Below are positions 34,001-35,629 of a stretch of DNA of 35,629 bases, piece after piece. A program made the position numbers and the translations under genes. Position 1 is the stretch's first letter; every line of letters starts with the position of its first letter. The notes under the pieces were generated by a model. It was given only the letters and a program-made list of their open reading frames with translations, was not told where the DNA came from and did not search any database. Source of the stretch: an uncultured Gammaproteobacteria bacterium (GTDB lineage: Bacteria > Patescibacteriota > Patescibacteriia > Patescibacteriales > UBA12075). The stretch is from contig CAZIGB010000002.1 of assembly GCA_964539005.1 (NCBI GenBank), positions 3,024-38,652 of the forward strand, written 5' to 3'.

Positions 34001-35023
34001 TTACAAAATGTTTGCCAATCCTCTTTTAATCATAGACTCAACTTCAGCATTAGCTCTAACATATTTAATTTTTATCCCAGGATTTTCATTTGCAAAAACG
34101 CGGAAAATCTCATCAACAAAAGCCTGCCCGACAGAGTTAACATTGTTGAAATCCAGCACTACGGTTTTGAATTTTTCTAAGCCCATCATAAGCCTTTTTG
34201 CCTGTGATCTTGAAACGTGCGGGTCATTTGGATCAGAGCTAAGCGAAACAGCAACAATTGTTTTGTCAAAACCTAAATTTTGATCCGTAAAACGATCCAT
34301 TACTTCTTTTGTGGTTCTAGTTGTATCCAGGGACAGGTTCATGTTTATCAAAGTGCCTTGACCGAAACTCTCAGGCTTCTCTTTTGAGAGAAACCACTCA
34401 TCACCCTTAAACTGATAATACAAATCAGTTGATAATATTGAGAAACTATCAAAAACCCTTGAAGTAAAAAATATTCCTTCGCCAGAATGCCTCGATGGGT
34501 CAGTTGTAAACTTGCCCTTTGATAAATGCAACAAAGACTCGCGAGCAGATTCAAGCTTCAGTGCTTCCTGAATCTTTTTGAAAATTCCGATTCCATCATC
34601 AATAATGCATATCTCAATTGCATTGTTTTTTATTTCGACTTCAGTAAAAATATTCTTACCTCCAGAATGATCAATGGCATTGTTAAACATCTCAGTAAAT
34701 CCGTATGCAACAATCTGTTTTATGTTATTACTGTATTCACTGAGCATTGGTTTGATGTATTTTGACCAAATTTTGTCTTCGGCAAGCTCGGAATTTATTT
34801 TACAGCTGAAATTTATTTTTTTACTACCAACAAGAAAATATTTTGTTGACTTTGTTCGGCCTATTTTAATAATCTTTCCATTTTTAATTTCTTTTGAAAG
34901 ATGTTTATGGGCTGTCTGCCTTGAAAAACCAAATTCATTGGCCAAGACATTGCTAATATCCTCTGGATGATTAACTATTTTTTCATAAATAAATTCTTTA
35001 ATTTTAGCAGTTTTATTTTTCAT
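34001..35023 (-). CDS. fused wHTH + GHKL (RsbW/SpoIIAB-like) ATPase + STAS-like (DUF4325-type) protein
   Basis: 340 aa. The N-terminal wHTH is FGFSRQTAHKHLSKEIKNGKIIKIGRTKSTKYFL. GHKL boxes are N (FNNAIDHSGG), G1 (IIDDGIGIF) and G2 (HSGEGIFFTSRVF). The C-terminal ~90 aa (VVLDFNNVNSVGQAFVDEIFRVF...) resemble the STAS-like DUF4325 module. Confidence 0.7.
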   Translation of the reverse strand: MKNKTAKIKEFIYEKIVNHPEDISNVLANEFGFSRQTAHKHLSKEIKNGKIIKIGRTKSTKYFLVGSKKINFSCKINSELAEDKIWSKYIKPMLSEYSNNIKQIVAYGFTEMFNNAIDHSGGKNIFTEVEIKNNAIEICIIDDGIGIFKKIQEALKLESARESLLHLSKGKFTTDPSRHSGEGIFFTSRVFDSFSILSTDLYYQFKGDEWFLSKEKPESFGQGTLINMNLSLDTTRTTKEVMDRFTDQNLGFDKTIVAVSLSSDPNDPHVSRSQAKRLMMGLEKFKTVVLDFNNVNSVGQAFVDEIFRVFANENPGIKIKYVRANAEVESMIKRGLANIL

Positions 35024-35110
35024 ATTATTTATTTCTAAAGTTTATTTTTTTTATTGTAAACTAAATTTTGTTTATTGTCAACTATAATATAATTATTGTA
35101 AACATCTTGA

Positions 35111-35140
35111 GCTAAAATTAAAATAACCTCTTGCGAGGTT
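35111..35140 (-). terminator. hairpin plus T-run following the orphan tRNA-Gly 3' fragment
   Basis: The minus strand reads aacctcgcaagaggtt followed by attttaatttt. Confidence 0.5.
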
Positions 35141-35151
35141 GCTTTAATTTG

Positions 35152-35173
35152 TGAGCGGGTAAGGGGAATCGAA
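35152..35173 (-). repeat. exact 22-nt duplicate of the tRNA-Gly 3' end (att-like scar)
   Basis: tgagcgggtaaggggaatcgaa is identical to 35334-35355, in direct orientation 182 bp away. The flanks are also related (gctttaatttg versus gctttatct). Confidence 0.85.
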
Positions 35174-35295
35174 GAGGCGGAAGCCCCACACCGTTATAGC
35201 CCAGCGAAGGGAGGTTTTTTTATAATATTTCTAATACTAATGTCTAATGGTTTTATTGTTGTATTATCAGTAGGCATTCTCGCCACTCTACCCAC

Positions 35296-35325
35296 ACAAA
35301 ATAAAACAGTCCCAAAAGGGGACTG
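35296..35325 (-). terminator. rho-independent terminator after tRNA-Gly
   Basis: The minus strand reads cagtccccttttgggactg followed by ttttatttt. Confidence 0.7.
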
Positions 35326-35335
35326 CTTTATCTTG

Positions 35336-35408
35336 AGCGGGTAAGGGGAATCGAACCCCTCTCTCCAGCTTGGAAGGCTAGCATAAAAAGCCACTATACT
35401 ATACCCGC
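35336..35408 (-). tRNA. tRNA-Gly (anticodon UCC)
   Basis: The reverse complement is GCGGGTA-TA-(D arm with AGTGG)-CTAGC-CTTCCAA-GCTGG-AGAG-AGGGG-TTCGATT-CCCCT-TACCCGC-T. The acceptor, anticodon and T stems pair. The D stem is weak (3 bp) and CCA is not encoded. Confidence 0.85.
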
Positions 35409-35436
35409 GGTTGAGTTCTTCTTTTTTACAGCTGGG

Positions 35437-35510
35437 TCGGGGTGCAGGGATTTGAACCCTGGATCTCCTGCTCCCAAAGCAGGCGCCCTAGCCAGCTGGG
35501 CCACACCCCG
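35437..35510 (-). tRNA. tRNA-Pro (anticodon UGG)
   Basis: The reverse complement is CGGGGTG-TG-GCCC-AGCTGGCTA-GGGC-G-CCTGC-TTTGGGA-GCAGG-AGATC-CAGGG-TTCAAAT-CCCTG-CACCCCG-A. This is a perfect cloverleaf and CCA is not encoded. Confidence 0.93.
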
Positions 35511-35574
35511 ACTCAATTGTAAAAATATTTTAATACTTGGATTTTCCGCCCGAGGCGGACCAGCCTTGGGCTGG

Positions 35575-35629
35575 GAACCCTGGATCTCCTGCTCCCAAAG
35601 CAGGCGCCCTAGCCAGCTGGGCCACACCC
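35575..35629 (-). pseudogene. second copy of the 5' ~55 nt of tRNA-Pro (no matching 3' part; runs into window edge)
   Basis: 35575-35629 is identical to 35454-35508. After the T-loop TTC the copy continues into a 30-nt GC-rich double hairpin (35545-35574). It never regains the T-stem or acceptor 3' strands. Confidence 0.6.

Noticed and set aside
32155-35335. An intact mobile element (prophage, ICE or IS) in the AT-rich island.
   Set aside because: No integrase, transposase, excisionase, relaxase or phage structural gene is visible in any frame. Only att-like scars and regulator-type cargo remain, so I report it as a decayed island rather than a mobile_element feature.
35545-35559. GC-rich hairpin tccgcc-cga-ggcgga as a terminator.
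   Set aside because: No U-run follows it in either reading direction. The T-run precedes it on the plus strand, and an A-run follows it on the minus strand.
35194-35627. Two minus-strand ORFs (66 and 77 aa) in the track.
   Set aside because: They run through tRNA-Gly, tRNA-Pro and the tRNA-Pro fragment, and their apparent internal repeat is just the duplicated tRNA sequence.
35437-35629. Possible CRISPR-like array, considered because of a ~121-bp periodic exact repeat.
   Set aside because: There are only two copies. The repeat is a tRNA-Pro segment of 55 nt, which is far longer than CRISPR repeats, and no cas genes are present.

Overview
This 35.6-kb window looks like part of a small-genome, monoderm-type bacterium. 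Gene content is most consistent with Candidate Phyla Radiation/Patescibacteria: many tandem TrbC/VirB2-like mini-pilins, and housekeeping genes interleaved with lineage-specific hypotheticals. That placement is an inference and was not checked against any database. The housekeeping backbone is recA, efp, rpsR-ssb-rpsF, ychF, ftsH, rpsP-KH-trmD, a DEAD-box helicase, an RNA methyltransferase, tRNA-Gly(UCC) and tRNA-Pro(UGG). Envelope and sugar genes are a GH1 beta-glucosidase, an EamA-like transporter, an O-antigen-ligase-like protein and an orphan ABC solute-binding lipoprotein. I saw no rRNA, CRISPR array, transposase or integrase. Five things stand out. (1) One operon of seven tandem signal-peptide-bearing VirB2/TrbC-like pilin paralogs (15.9-18.9 kb), plus an eighth copy at 8.9 kb, with no secretion machinery in the window. 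(2) A YjfM/YjfC/YjfL-like cassette (DUF1190 lipoprotein, glutathionylspermidine-synthase-like ATP-grasp ligase, DUF350 membrane protein) lies between two lipoprotein-type LemA paralogs, and the first LemA sits just downstream of a NYN-domain gene (27.8-32.1 kb). (3) An AT-rich segment (about 32.2-35.3 kb) next to tRNA-Gly contains a 22-nt duplicate of the tRNA 3' end and a decayed tRNA-Gly ghost. It carries a fused wHTH + GHKL ATPase + STAS-like protein and a TrmB-like regulator. (4) A stand-alone GGDEF-like cyclase has a GGDEL motif. (5) A 55-nt duplication of the tRNA-Pro 5' part sits at the window edge. All family assignments come from motif recognition by eye and need HMM or structure confirmation.
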